64,000 nucleotides of DNA from Phycisphaeraceae bacterium (GCA_040905565.1 JBBDRF010000005.1:131503-195502); one strand, 5' to 3'; shown: positions 51,276 to 61,394, numbered from the stretch's first letter. The notes: generated from the letters alone by a model not told the origin. Program-made: numbers and translations.

Positions 51276-52393
51276 GACAAAGTCTCCTGTAGGTGGCCGT
51301 GGAGTTGTTCCACGTGAAAGTCGCAGTAGAAGAACGCGCGATCGTGTGCGTGCAGGTGATCCGACAGCGCATCGAGCGTCGCCACGCGATCAGCGAAGGC
51401 TTCAGGACAGCGGCGGGGCACAAGGGTGTTCCAGTACGCCAGCCGTGCGCCGGGCCGGGCTGTCGCAAGTAACCCAGCGTAGATGCTCCGCGTCGTGTCC
51501 GGATCGATGTATTCGAAAATGTCCGACAGATTGAACGCGTCAAACCCGTCGCCACCATGTTGCTCAGCTGCCTGTTCGATCGGGCCGTGATGCAACGTAA
51601 GGCGATCAAGCCCGTCACGGATGCGCTCGAAGTTCTCCGGCCGCAGGTAACGCGGCAGCGTTGATTCAAAGTTCCCCCGCAGGATGTACCGCAGATACGG
51701 GTTCTCCTGCGTAGGCACCATGCGAAGGCCATGCTCCACACGCTTCAGTAGCCGATCACCCACGTTGCCCTCCACAAAGCGGAAGAACTCGGGATCACGC
51801 CCCAGCCAGCCCATCGCGATGCGACCGAAGAACAGGCGAAACAGCGCACGCCAGCGACGATTGTTCCACCGTTGGTCGTAAAACTCGCGTTGAGCGGCAG
51901 GAGATTTCGCTGCGAGCAGCGCGTCCACCGTCCGCCGGCTGTGAATCATTGGTAGCACCCAGCGGCGGAACGTTCGGAAGTATCGCTCGAAACGCCCCCT
52001 ATGGATGATGCCATTGCGAACGTCGTCTGCATGCTCTCGCCAGTGCAGGACAGCGGCATCACCCAAATCCCCTTCGAGCTGGCGGAAAAGGCTCAAGCGA
52101 TCGGCACAGGGGCTAACGCCCAGCATCGCCAGCACGTCGTCGTAGTCCAGACGGCGGAACGCCGCAGCACGAAGTTCCAGACACGCAAGCTGTGCGGTGC
52201 TCAGGTCGGCCGCCACCACCGTCGCCCCCTCGGCAAGAAGTGCGAGCGCATTGTCGCCTGCTGAAGCGATAGAAAGCACGCGCCGCCCGGCACTCGGCTG
52301 CAACGCTTCGCACAGCACGTCCGCATCCTCCCAGCAGTTGGCGTAACGCACCTGCTCAAAACGCACACGCTGTTCGATTGCGCCTGTGGACAT
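51263..52393 (-). CDS. DUF3419 (BtaA-like SAM-dependent 3-amino-3-carboxypropyl transferase family)
   Basis: YANCWED, SIASAGDNAL, GRFE.YF, LSDIFEY, DRAFFY. Confidence 0.85.
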   Translation of the reverse strand: MSTGAIEQRVRFEQVRYANCWEDADVLCEALQPSAGRRVLSIASAGDNALALLAEGATVVAADLSTAQLACLELRAAAFRRLDYDDVLAMLGVSPCADRLSLFRQLEGDLGDAAVLHWREHADDVRNGIIHRGRFERYFRTFRRWVLPMIHSRRTVDALLAAKSPAAQREFYDQRWNNRRWRALFRLFFGRIAMGWLGRDPEFFRFVEGNVGDRLLKRVEHGLRMVPTQENPYLRYILRGNFESTLPRYLRPENFERIRDGLDRLTLHHGPIEQAAEQHGGDGFDAFNLSDIFEYIDPDTTRSIYAGLLATARPGARLAYWNTLVPRRCPEAFADRVATLDALSDHLHAHDRAFFYCDFHVEQLHGHLQETLSCIE

Positions 52394-54552
52394 CAGCGAC
52401 GCTCCTCACCTGTGATTAAGCGTACGGTGCCGGCGCTGCCGTCGACTTCAATCGTCGCACCATCATGAATACGGCTTGTCGCTCGATTGACACCCAGCAC
52501 GGCCGGCAAGCCGAACTCACGGCAAATGACAGCGGCATGCGAAAGCAGCCCACCCGTTTCAGTTACCACCGCAGCGGCACGGTCAAGCGCGCACGTCCAC
52601 CCCGGATCTATAAACGGGCAGACAAGAATGCTGCCCGGCTGCACGCGCGACACATCGCCAGCCGTGCGCACGACCCGCGCGGTGCCACGTATGCATCCCT
52701 GGCTCGCGCCCAGGCCTCGTAACACGGATGCTGAAGGCGTAGACGACGGCGAAGACGCATGTCGGCTGCGGATTTCATGGGGAGCATCGAACCGTCGAAA
52801 TCGCTGGTAAACGTCCCGCCGTGCCGCGACGTTTGACCGATCATCGTGGATGATCTCATCGGTGGTCATGAAGAAGATTTCGTCGGCGAGGTGACGCCTT
52901 CGTGCGATTGCCCGGGCGTTACGGCGGATCACATAATACAGTCGGCTTGAGCAGTCGCGCATCTCTTCACGCAGATAAAGGAATTGGCGCACCCGATCGA
53001 GCTTGCGATTGAACGCCCGCCGTCGCCTGCGGGGGAGTCGTGCCACGTACTGCTCTCGTGCCACGGTTGCGCTTTCGCACCGTGACTCCCTTCGCGATGC
53101 TTCGTCGCTATCGCTATGCACGCTCGCGGCCAGCTGCTTGACATACTCCGGCTGCTCATCCCACCGCGGATGGATCACGTCCAAGCCGCTCGGATGGTGA
53201 TGTCGGTAGCGATGCAGAAGGTCTTGAATATCCGCATGCCCGGTCTCCGCCATCTGCCTCATCTGCCGCAACGGAGCGAAATGACGCAGCGGCGGAAGCC
53301 CTTCAAACATCACCGTCGCATCCGCATCCGGAAAGGCATCGGTGAAATCCAGTTTGGCCAGCGACGCAGCGAAAATCGTGCGGAAGTACGCACATTCGGT
53401 CGCCAGGAAATCTACCTCCACGAATTCGGCAAAAGTCTCAGCGCTGTCCGCCGGCAGAGCTTCGTATTTACGCGCGATGGCCTCGAACTGCCCCGTCAGA
53501 AAGTCGCTATCAAACGCTTCTTGTCGGCGGAAGAAACGCGGAAGCGCCCACGCTGTCGGCACGGCACGCAGGATGCTGCGCAGCGTGGCGGGCGTTACCT
53601 CGCCGTCACCTTCGTAAAGCGGCTCCACGCTCAAGTCTTGTTCAAACTTGCGCTCGACATAGCCGGGCAACTTTGCGAGGCACCGCTTCACACCGCCGAG
53701 GTTCCAGTAGGGTCGGCCGAAAAACAGGCGTCCGGTTTCAAACGATTGCCCACGCCCCAGCAGCCGAATCTCCCGCAGCAGTCCCAGCAGCGCATCACGC
53801 CATGCCCGTTCGTACAGCGACCACATCAAAGGCGAACAGACCGAAGCCGACACGCCCCCGTCGCGGAAGTCGGCATTCGTCCACTCACCGATGCCGGGCG
53901 GAAAAGCGATGCGTGTGATCGGCCGCGCCTGAAGCAGCCACAGCCGCTCACCGTCGATCGCAAACTCGATATCCTGAGGCGTCCCCATGTACCGCTGCAC
54001 GTCGCGCGCCAGTGTCTCGATCTCCGGACGCCAGTGCTGCAATAACGGATGTTCCGCTGCGACAGGCTCGCCCCTCCCGCCAAGTAGTTGATCGCCCTGG
54101 CCTTCGCATGCTTCGATCACCACGCGATCCGCCCCGGACATCGGATCGATCGAAAAGGCGACCCCCGAAAGCTGTGCGCTCACCATCTTCTGTACGATCA
54201 CGTCCATCCGCAGCCGCGACGCATCGATCCCATGACGGCCGCAGTATCGCTGAACCTCTTCCGCATCAACCGACGCTCGACACGCGGCCACCGCTTGCTC
54301 CAGTTCGTCCGCTGTGCCGACGTTCAAAGCCGTATGGAACTGGCCGGCGAAGGAAGCTGCGTCCCCGTCTTCCAGCGTCGCGCACGAGCGTGCCGCCACC
54401 GGTGCGCCAACACGCTGCATCGCCCCAAACAAATCCGACGGCGAAACCTCAAACGCCGGCACCGCGAAGCCCGCATCACGCAGTTCCGCTAGCACAGCGG
54501 CTTTGCCGCCAACGCAACGGCTCGCGGTCATCTCACGCGAAAGTAGGGACAT
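52393..54552 (-). CDS. PEP-utilising dikinase-fold enzyme 2
   Basis: GGKA, ED...SFAGQF, QDIEFA, QARPIT; GGLLSHAAVICREFG; GGAGG RBS. Confidence 0.88.
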   Translation of the reverse strand: MSLLSREMTASRCVGGKAAVLAELRDAGFAVPAFEVSPSDLFGAMQRVGAPVAARSCATLEDGDAASFAGQFHTALNVGTADELEQAVAACRASVDAEEVQRYCGRHGIDASRLRMDVIVQKMVSAQLSGVAFSIDPMSGADRVVIEACEGQGDQLLGGRGEPVAAEHPLLQHWRPEIETLARDVQRYMGTPQDIEFAIDGERLWLLQARPITRIAFPPGIGEWTNADFRDGGVSASVCSPLMWSLYERAWRDALLGLLREIRLLGRGQSFETGRLFFGRPYWNLGGVKRCLAKLPGYVERKFEQDLSVEPLYEGDGEVTPATLRSILRAVPTAWALPRFFRRQEAFDSDFLTGQFEAIARKYEALPADSAETFAEFVEVDFLATECAYFRTIFAASLAKLDFTDAFPDADATVMFEGLPPLRHFAPLRQMRQMAETGHADIQDLLHRYRHHHPSGLDVIHPRWDEQPEYVKQLAASVHSDSDEASRRESRCESATVAREQYVARLPRRRRRAFNRKLDRVRQFLYLREEMRDCSSRLYYVIRRNARAIARRRHLADEIFFMTTDEIIHDDRSNVAARRDVYQRFRRFDAPHEIRSRHASSPSSTPSASVLRGLGASQGCIRGTARVVRTAGDVSRVQPGSILVCPFIDPGWTCALDRAAAVVTETGGLLSHAAVICREFGLPAVLGVNRATSRIHDGATIEVDGSAGTVRLITGEERR

Positions 54553-57034
54553 GAGCCACCTCCCTGTTTTGCGTACCCAGCACGCAGTGATCCTTGTGTT
54601 GATCGAGCGCGAAGCCATGTCGCTGAGCAAGGCCGGCCAGTCGGCTCACGCCCTCTGGTCTTACCAATCCCGTGTATGAGCGGTCGGCAATTCCCTCAAA
54701 CCCCAGCAGCAGCGCTTCGCCCATGCAGCCGTAGGTACGCCCTGTAGAAAGCGGAAATCCGACGATGTCTAGATCCTCCTCGTACGGCAGCCGCACGATG
54801 CCGCCTCGGATCAGCGTGAGATCAGGACGCGAAATTCGCAGCTCCTCCCCCACCGCAGCAGGCACCGAGAGATCGCAGACGATCGCCCCTGACGCCAGAT
54901 GCTCCGGCCCAATTGATTGGTGAACCGCATTGGTCGCAGCGAGGATGACGTCCGCCGATCGCAGCAGGGCTGGGTCTTCGATCACCTGCACACGTTGCAA
55001 AGCTCGCTCCAGTCGATGCAGCCGAGCGCGTGCATTGCTGCGCGTACTGCCGAGCAGCAGCGTCCGCCGATAGCGCTGACTGAGCAGGCGAGCCGCGGTC
55101 TGACCGATGTTTCCTGCTGCCCCGACAACAGCGCACACCGCGGCCGACGGATCGATGCCCTGCTTTGCCTCCGCTTGTTCGATGGCCTCGATCGCCAGGC
55201 TGAGCGAGTACGTGTTGCCGGTTGCAAGGCCGATATTCGAGACAGGCAAGCGTCGGCCGCCACGTGTCACGATCGACGTGTACTGCCCAAGCGCCGCGAG
55301 GCTGCAACCCAGGTGCCGGGCAATATCCACACCTTTGCCAACGAGTGCTTCAGCGGCACCGGTATCGTCCGCGTCAATGCACCGCTTCATCCAAGCGGAC
55401 GTGACAGGCAGCAGAATCGGGTACAGCCGCACCACGTCTCCTCGCGCCGAGCGAACGTCCACTTCGGACATCACCACCGGATTCGCCAGCGGGGCAAGGC
55501 GATCCAGCAAGCGATTCCGGCGATCACGGGTGTGTTCGATGTACGCGGGCTCCAGGCTCACGAGGTCGGCATCGTCGATCATGTGGCAAAGCCAGGCCAC
55601 ACGTCGTGCCGGCGACGGACCCGCAGCAGCGAATGTGCCCGGGCGATAGGAACACACCTTAAACCCCTCACGCAGCGACCTTGGCGGTTCGGCCTCAGCA
55701 GGCTGATTTGTCAGATGAGCCGTCAGACCCGGCCCGTCGCCGCGTCGTAAGCAGGCGCACAACGCAGTGAAGCCGCGGATGGCCTGATCGATATGGCTGT
55801 CGCTGATAAACGCCGAGGGCTGAATCCGAAGCGTGTTGGGGGCACTGAGCGTCGGCGCTACCCGGACATGATGTTCACGCAACAGGTATGCCGCGGCCAG
55901 CAAGGCAAGATCGTCCGTAGCGGTCAGCGTCCGCAGTGTGAAGCTGTTGGACCGATGCAACGGGCGCAGTTCAATCGCAAGCATCAACCCCCGCCCACGG
56001 ACCTCAGCCACGATATCCGGATACTCCCGCGCGACCGCTTGCAGGGCCTCAAGCAAGCATGTGCCGCGTTGCTGAATCTGGTTCAGTAACGCTTCGTCGG
56101 TCAGTGCGATCGCCTTCAGGCCCACAGCACTGGATAACTCATCCCCGGCGAAGGTGCTCGTGTGCATTAGATCGAAAGCGGAGCGGTACTGCTCGCGACG
56201 GACGAGCAGCGCCGCGATCTTCGCAAGGCCGCCCCCCAGCGCTTTTGAAAGAACGATGTAATCAGGCTGCACGCCCAGATGTTCGCTGCCCAGAAAACGG
56301 CCGGTCCGCCCCATGCCCGTCTGGCATTCATCGGCGATCATCGGTATCCCACGTTCACGGCAAAGCTCCGCCGCACGCCGCGCGAAGGCCCGGTCCATCA
56401 GTCGCACGCCACCCTCGCCATGGATCGGTTCGAAGATGAACCCCGCGGGGTTGCGAACTTCACGGAACGCCTGCTCCAGATGTGTGATGTCGTTCAGCCG
56501 CACCCGATGCACGTTCGGCTCACCGCTGCCATCTGTTTCGAACGGTTCGCGATGAGAGGCATGGCCCGCCAGCCGCAACGCGCTGAGCGTCTTGCCATGG
56601 AACGCGCCTTCAAGCGCAACAAATGTCCGCCCCGCGGTGGCAAGCATCGCGTGCTTCATCGCTGCTTCGATCGCCTCAGCCCCCGTGTTCGCAAGCACAA
56701 CGCAATGCCCGCCGCCCGCGCGTTGATCCAGTGCCGACGCGAACGCTTCGGTGATCGGCCGTAACGATCCCTGTGCCTGCACCGGTCGGCCGGCCGCAAG
56801 AAAGTCCGTGACCGCCTCGACCAGCTCCGGGTGGTGATGGCCGAGCACCAGCGAACCATACCCGCCCACAAGGTCGAGCACCGCGGTCTCGGCGCCGCGT
56901 GCGTCGTGGTAGTAAAGCTCGTCGCCGAGCGCACGGTGATAGCTGACGTCAAGCCCGACCGCGTGCATCAGCCCGCTCAGCCGCGGCCCATGCACAGGAC
57001 CCAAGGCGGAAAACGAATCGTTACGGTGCGTCAT
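54533..57034 (-). CDS. Class III aminotransferase fused to an acyl-thioester reductase domain (TamH-like)
   Basis: GAEAIE, FHG, DECQTG.GRTG, SKALGGG; C-terminal TGNTY, VVGAAGNIG, YGCMGE; GGAGG RBS. Confidence 0.85.
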   Translation of the reverse strand: MTHRNDSFSALGPVHGPRLSGLMHAVGLDVSYHRALGDELYYHDARGAETAVLDLVGGYGSLVLGHHHPELVEAVTDFLAAGRPVQAQGSLRPITEAFASALDQRAGGGHCVVLANTGAEAIEAAMKHAMLATAGRTFVALEGAFHGKTLSALRLAGHASHREPFETDGSGEPNVHRVRLNDITHLEQAFREVRNPAGFIFEPIHGEGGVRLMDRAFARRAAELCRERGIPMIADECQTGMGRTGRFLGSEHLGVQPDYIVLSKALGGGLAKIAALLVRREQYRSAFDLMHTSTFAGDELSSAVGLKAIALTDEALLNQIQQRGTCLLEALQAVAREYPDIVAEVRGRGLMLAIELRPLHRSNSFTLRTLTATDDLALLAAAYLLREHHVRVAPTLSAPNTLRIQPSAFISDSHIDQAIRGFTALCACLRRGDGPGLTAHLTNQPAEAEPPRSLREGFKVCSYRPGTFAAAGPSPARRVAWLCHMIDDADLVSLEPAYIEHTRDRRNRLLDRLAPLANPVVMSEVDVRSARGDVVRLYPILLPVTSAWMKRCIDADDTGAAEALVGKGVDIARHLGCSLAALGQYTSIVTRGGRRLPVSNIGLATGNTYSLSLAIEAIEQAEAKQGIDPSAAVCAVVGAAGNIGQTAARLLSQRYRRTLLLGSTRSNARARLHRLERALQRVQVIEDPALLRSADVILAATNAVHQSIGPEHLASGAIVCDLSVPAAVGEELRISRPDLTLIRGGIVRLPYEEDLDIVGFPLSTGRTYGCMGEALLLGFEGIADRSYTGLVRPEGVSRLAGLAQRHGFALDQHKDHCVLGTQNREVAHVPTFA

Positions 57035-57090
57035 GTCCGACCTCCCCGGCGGGGTAAGAGACGTAGCAGTCGCCGGCATCGGTTCGACAA

Positions 57091-57107
57091 CGCAACCACC
57101 GTGCCGA
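57091..57107 (-). promoter_or_regulatory. Sigma-54 -24/-12 promoter of the nine-gene operon
   Basis: Minus strand TCGGCACGGTGGTTGCG (GG-N10-GC), about 55 bp upstream of the ATG at 57034. Confidence 0.75.
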
Positions 57108-57515
57108 AACCAAAACCTACCAGAATCCGCCCCTTTGGGCGTTCTGGCAGAGTTGGCGGTGGCATTGGCTGTACAATTCGCGCCGTCAGCGGTCACAAAA
57201 TGTACAGGGAAGTGTGGGCGTCAACGTGTTAGCCGGTCGCGGATGTCCCCGCGTGATCAGTTTCAGGCCGCACGCGATTTCCAGATAAGGCAGATAGTAC
57301 GTCATGGCCGTCACGGCGCCGCGGCACCTGTGCAGCAGGTCGGGTTACGAAGAGGATTTCGAGCGAGCTACACGTGTGAAAGTGGAGCCAGCGGAACCGA
57401 CCGCGATTCCTTTTCGCGCATTACGGGCGGGGCTGCAGGCCTCCTCCGTCGGCTCGGATGGCAGCCCGTCCGCCGTACACCGCCGATCCGCGTCCACGGG
57501 AGCAGCCCATCCTTC

Positions 57516-58832
57516 CTACTCTTCGTCGCCGGCTTCCTTCTCACGCCGCTGCTTGATCCACGCGATTGACTCGTCGTCCATCCGGATGATGAACAGCCGT
57601 CCGAGCCGTTCGATGAGAGCCTGATGTGTCGGGTCGGGGAGATTCGCCTGACCGGAGGCCCAGAAGCGGTGCTGCACTTCGGGGTCGGGCGCACTGAGAG
57701 GCCGAACCAGCCGGAAGCCGGTCATCTGCGGTCCGCTGTAATCAAGATACCAGAGGGGGCTGCGAGGTAGGTCCGGGTCGTAGAACTGCCAATCTTCCTC
57801 GGTATGCCAGCGAGCCGCCGAGCGGGTGTCCTCAGCGTCGTGATCCCAGGATCCGCCACGGACCACCACCGGGTGCGGCTGCGTCGGCCAAACGACGGCG
57901 TCCATGAAATGAACGGGCTGATCGCGGGCGGCGAGCTGGGCGTAGTGATCCTCGACATACTGGTCGATCACGAGGTTGGCGACATTGCCGTGCACGTCGT
58001 ACAGCCCCCACGGGTTGGGCTTCAAGGTGCCTGCGTGCAGCATGCCCATGTCGTCGCTTTCGATCTCCTCGCCCGGAGGGTAGTCCCGATAGTGGGCGTA
58101 TCGGCCGAGTTGCTCAAGGTCGTCGCCGAAGCTCCAAGCTGTCTTCGTTCCCGCCCTTGCGGCGTACTCCCACTCAGCCTCCGTCGGCAGGCGGTAGAAG
58201 CGACCGCTGAGATGGCTGAGCCATTGCGTGTACTGGCGAGCGGCATACTGCGACATGGTCACGGCGGGATGCTCATCATCCTCGCCGTACTCGTAATGTA
58301 AGTCGGGGAGGTAGATGTCGGTCGGGAGCGTGACGGCATCGGCATGTTCGAGTGCGGCAGCGGGGTCGTCGGGGTTCCTCAAAACCTGTTCGGGCAATTC
58401 ATCGCCGCGCCCCCACCAGATCGATTCAGCCAACTCGTAGTAGGTGTGATACTCCGCCCATGTGACGGGGTAGACGCCGATCCAGAATGGTTCGACCTCA
58501 ACCTGAACCTGCGGGCCCTCGTCGTTCTGGCGGCCGAACTCGTCGGGTGGGCTGCCCATGGTGAACGTGCCGCCGGGGACAGGCGTCATGAGGTAGGTCA
58601 CGCCGAAGCCGGGGATCTCGGCTTCATACGGGACCATGAAACGGCCATCGTCAAGCGGCACGACCTGCGCGTTCTTCGGCAGATCGTCGGGCAGGTGATC
58701 AACGATGCCAGGCACGTCCGTCTGCTCGGGGGCGGGCCAGGTTGCGACCGTTTCAGCGGTTTCGCCGCACGCCGAAACGAGGGCCGTTGCCGCGGCCATG
58801 AAGAGGCAGCATTTCAACCGGTTCACGAACAT
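57516..58832 (-). CDS. FGE-sulfatase (SUMF1) domain lipoprotein
   Basis: Lipobox VSAC; F.MGS, RLPTEAEWEYAAR, PNPWGLYD.HGNV, RGGSW, GFR. Confidence 0.85.
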   Translation of the reverse strand: MFVNRLKCCLFMAAATALVSACGETAETVATWPAPEQTDVPGIVDHLPDDLPKNAQVVPLDDGRFMVPYEAEIPGFGVTYLMTPVPGGTFTMGSPPDEFGRQNDEGPQVQVEVEPFWIGVYPVTWAEYHTYYELAESIWWGRGDELPEQVLRNPDDPAAALEHADAVTLPTDIYLPDLHYEYGEDDEHPAVTMSQYAARQYTQWLSHLSGRFYRLPTEAEWEYAARAGTKTAWSFGDDLEQLGRYAHYRDYPPGEEIESDDMGMLHAGTLKPNPWGLYDVHGNVANLVIDQYVEDHYAQLAARDQPVHFMDAVVWPTQPHPVVVRGGSWDHDAEDTRSAARWHTEEDWQFYDPDLPRSPLWYLDYSGPQMTGFRLVRPLSAPDPEVQHRFWASGQANLPDPTHQALIERLGRLFIIRMDDESIAWIKQRREKEAGDEE

Positions 58833-59063
58833 GCTCCTGGACGTGTCGCTGGTTCGATCGTTCCGCGTGCCCCGATCATACCAGCCGCTCCGCGGCGGCG
58901 GGAGGTTGTTGATCTGCCCGCTGGCCAACTCACGCGGATGGTCGGTGACGTCGCGGTCGTTCCATGCTTCGTCCGATCCTAGCCAGTAGAATAAGACCAT
59001 ATATTCCGAGCATGGCCACCGCCGCGGAGGGGGGGGCGTCATGGCTCCTTATGAAGTAGATGC

Positions 59064-59792
59064 ATGAAGCAACCGCTGCCACGCCGATTGACTGCGGAAC
59101 ACGTGCAGCAGCGCTTTCGCTCGCTGGCCGATGAGCAGGTGGCCACGACATCGCAGCGTTTCTTCAAAACAGGGGCGGGCGACTATGGCGAGGGGGACCG
59201 TTTCCTGGGCATCCGCGTGCCGACGTTGCGTAAGCTGGTGCGGCAGTACGACTCGCTGCCGTTGGACGATGTGGAGCAACTGCTGCGTTCGGCGTGGCAT
59301 GAAGAGCGGCTGTTTGCGTTGCTGCTGCTGGTTCGGATGTATCAGCAGGGGGACAAGGCGCTGCGTCAACGCATCCATCGGCTCTACCTCGCTCACACCC
59401 ACTGGGTCAACAACTGGGACTTGGTCGATGTGTCGGCTGAGCACCTCGTCGGTGCGCACCTGGCGGGGCGGAGTCAGCAGCTATTGAAGAAACTAGCTCG
59501 CTCAGCGTCGCTGTGGGAGCGGCGCATCGCGGTGCTTTCGACGTTCTATTTCATCAAGCAAGGCCAAGTCGAGCCAACGCTTGAGATCGTCCGCATCGTG
59601 CTCAACGATCCGCACGACCTGATTCACAAAGCGGGCGGCTGGATGTTGCGTGAAGTGGGCAAGCGGGACGAGGCGACCTTACGAGCGTTTCTGGATGAGC
59701 ACGCGTTACAACTGCCCCGTACCATGCTGCGTTACGCGATCGAGCGCTTGCCGCCGAATGTACGCCAACGATACTTGCAGCGGCGTGCCTGA
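59064..59792 (+). CDS. AlkD-family DNA alkylation repair protein
   Basis: FFKTG.G.YGEGD.FLG, NNWDLVD, KA.GWMLRE.GK, RTMLRYAIE. Confidence 0.88.
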   Translation: MKQPLPRRLTAEHVQQRFRSLADEQVATTSQRFFKTGAGDYGEGDRFLGIRVPTLRKLVRQYDSLPLDDVEQLLRSAWHEERLFALLLLVRMYQQGDKALRQRIHRLYLAHTHWVNNWDLVDVSAEHLVGAHLAGRSQQLLKKLARSASLWERRIAVLSTFYFIKQGQVEPTLEIVRIVLNDPHDLIHKAGGWMLREVGKRDEATLRAFLDEHALQLPRTMLRYAIERLPPNVRQRYLQRRA

Positions 59793-59954
59793 CTGCAATA
59801 CATGTGAATGTAGCATCGGCCGCCAGGGGCGTGCTACATCCCGTTGCGGTAGAGCCTTTTGCGCTCGCCGCCCGACGTGGGCCACAACGATGACGCTCCA
59901 CCCGTTAACCGTAAACTAGGATAGGTGGGGTCCGGTCCGCCCGCTCACATGTGC

Positions 59955-61394
59955 TCACCGTTGCCAACCTTCAATCTTGAACACCTTCTCCAGAAGCTTC
60001 CGCTCGGGGCCGCCGTCGTCAGGAACAAACCACACCTCGAACCTCGCCGCGTATGGTTTCCCCCAGTCGCCCTCGTAGATGGTGAAGTGGGTGTTGGAGA
60101 GGAACAGCGCATCCGCATCGTCCGTCCAGCCGACCCATTCGTTGGAGCGCTCCTGGAGCCGGCCGACTGAAAGACGTGTGCCCTGCGTGACCTCGAAGGC
60201 TTTAAGGTAGATCATCCCCGGCTCGCCGGGATTAAGCCAGATCCACCCGTCGTAGATACCCGGCTGAAAGGATTCGCGCAGCTCGATTGACGGCTGGCCG
60301 CTTTGGATGCTTCCTGTTGGCAACATCTGTTGGATCGTCTCCCAGCGCGGGTCGGCCTTCAGCGGCATGAGCTCATTCTCCAGGTGATCGAGGGTTGCCT
60401 TGGTCAGCCGGCGCTCGCTAGCAGGCGATTGCTCGAAGACCTCAACCACCAGATCATCGCTCGCGTCGATCACCAGCCGGCTCTCGGGCATCTGGTTACC
60501 CGTGGTGAGCGTAAGCGGTCGTGTTTGGCCGGGCTGTACCTGGGTATCACCGCTCCGACGGCTGTACGAAGGCTCACCTGAGAAGCCCAGCGTCAAACGG
60601 GACTGGAAGCGAGGCAGCGAGCGATCCCATCGCTCGAGATCGTGATCGGTGTAGTACCCGCCGAGGTTGTACCTCCACCGACCGTTCAGCTTCCAACGGC
60701 GCGTGGCGTACCGGTTGCCGTCTTTCATGAACACGCGCCACGCCGGGCTGGCCGCGAGATAGCGATTCAGCACATCCGGAGTTTGGTTGTGTAGTTGGAC
60801 GATCGCATCGACCGAGGCGGTCACCGTGGGGTCGCTGCCGCCTGGCTGCTTCAGGGCTACGAGCAGGTCCGTCTGGAAGGCATCCGCACCTGATGCCGCG
60901 TCTTCACCGTCTACCCCCGTTGCTGAGGCGTGCACGGGCTTCATTTCGGTAACTTCGATATCGTCAGGAATGACCAAATCATCGGCGAACTGGTCCTCGC
61001 TTGGGCCGAAGAAAGCGGCCATGGACATCGCTGCGACCACCAGGAACAGGCTGGTACCGGTCAGCGGAATGATTGCCAGCTGAAGGAGTGCCCGCCGCCA
61101 GCGCTTACGAACGAGGTTCCCGATGCCGGCAACGAGCGCCCCGAGCACTGCGGCCGCGAGCGTAAGGAAGAGAAACTCCACGATCAGCGCGGGCACCAGC
61201 GGATGGCCCAAGGCGGCTACGGTAAACGTCAGCAGCGCGACCAGCACGATCAGCGGCGCAAGCCACCAACTGTTGAGATAGGTCAAGCTCGCTGCTTTAA
61301 GGCCCACCGCTCTTCCTCCGAAGAACATGTTCACCGCTTCGAAAGCCCCATCATACCGTGCGACTGTCAGCTGCTCGACGTCGTTGACGTTCAT
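59955..61394 (-). CDS. Hypothetical membrane protein; start uncertain
   Basis: Long ORF with 3 N-terminal TM segments; soluble domain ending FTIYEGDWG..YAARFEVWF...IEGWQR. Confidence 0.7.
   Translation of the reverse strand: MNVNDVEQLTVARYDGAFEAVNMFFGGRAVGLKAASLTYLNSWWLAPLIVLVALLTFTVAALGHPLVPALIVEFLFLTLAAAVLGALVAGIGNLVRKRWRRALLQLAIIPLTGTSLFLVVAAMSMAAFFGPSEDQFADDLVIPDDIEVTEMKPVHASATGVDGEDAASGADAFQTDLLVALKQPGGSDPTVTASVDAIVQLHNQTPDVLNRYLAASPAWRVFMKDGNRYATRRWKLNGRWRYNLGGYYTDHDLERWDRSLPRFQSRLTLGFSGEPSYSRRSGDTQVQPGQTRPLTLTTGNQMPESRLVIDASDDLVVEVFEQSPASERRLTKATLDHLENELMPLKADPRWETIQQMLPTGSIQSGQPSIELRESFQPGIYDGWIWLNPGEPGMIYLKAFEVTQGTRLSVGRLQERSNEWVGWTDDADALFLSNTHFTIYEGDWGKPYAARFEVWFVPDDGGPERKLLEKVFKIEGWQR

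Noticed and set aside
43345..54552. PEP synthase (ppsA) or rifampin resistance (rph) calls
   Set aside because: No C-terminal pyruvate-binding barrel; biosynthetic context; substrate cannot be assigned from motifs
57230..57340. Possible MauE/DoxX-like fragment (AMTYYLPYLEIACGL) on the minus strand
   Set aside because: Too short and without an ORF; cannot be supported without a search
57516..58832. True formylglycine-generating enzyme for the sulfatase
   Set aside because: Catalytic Cys pair absent after RGGSW; domain homology only
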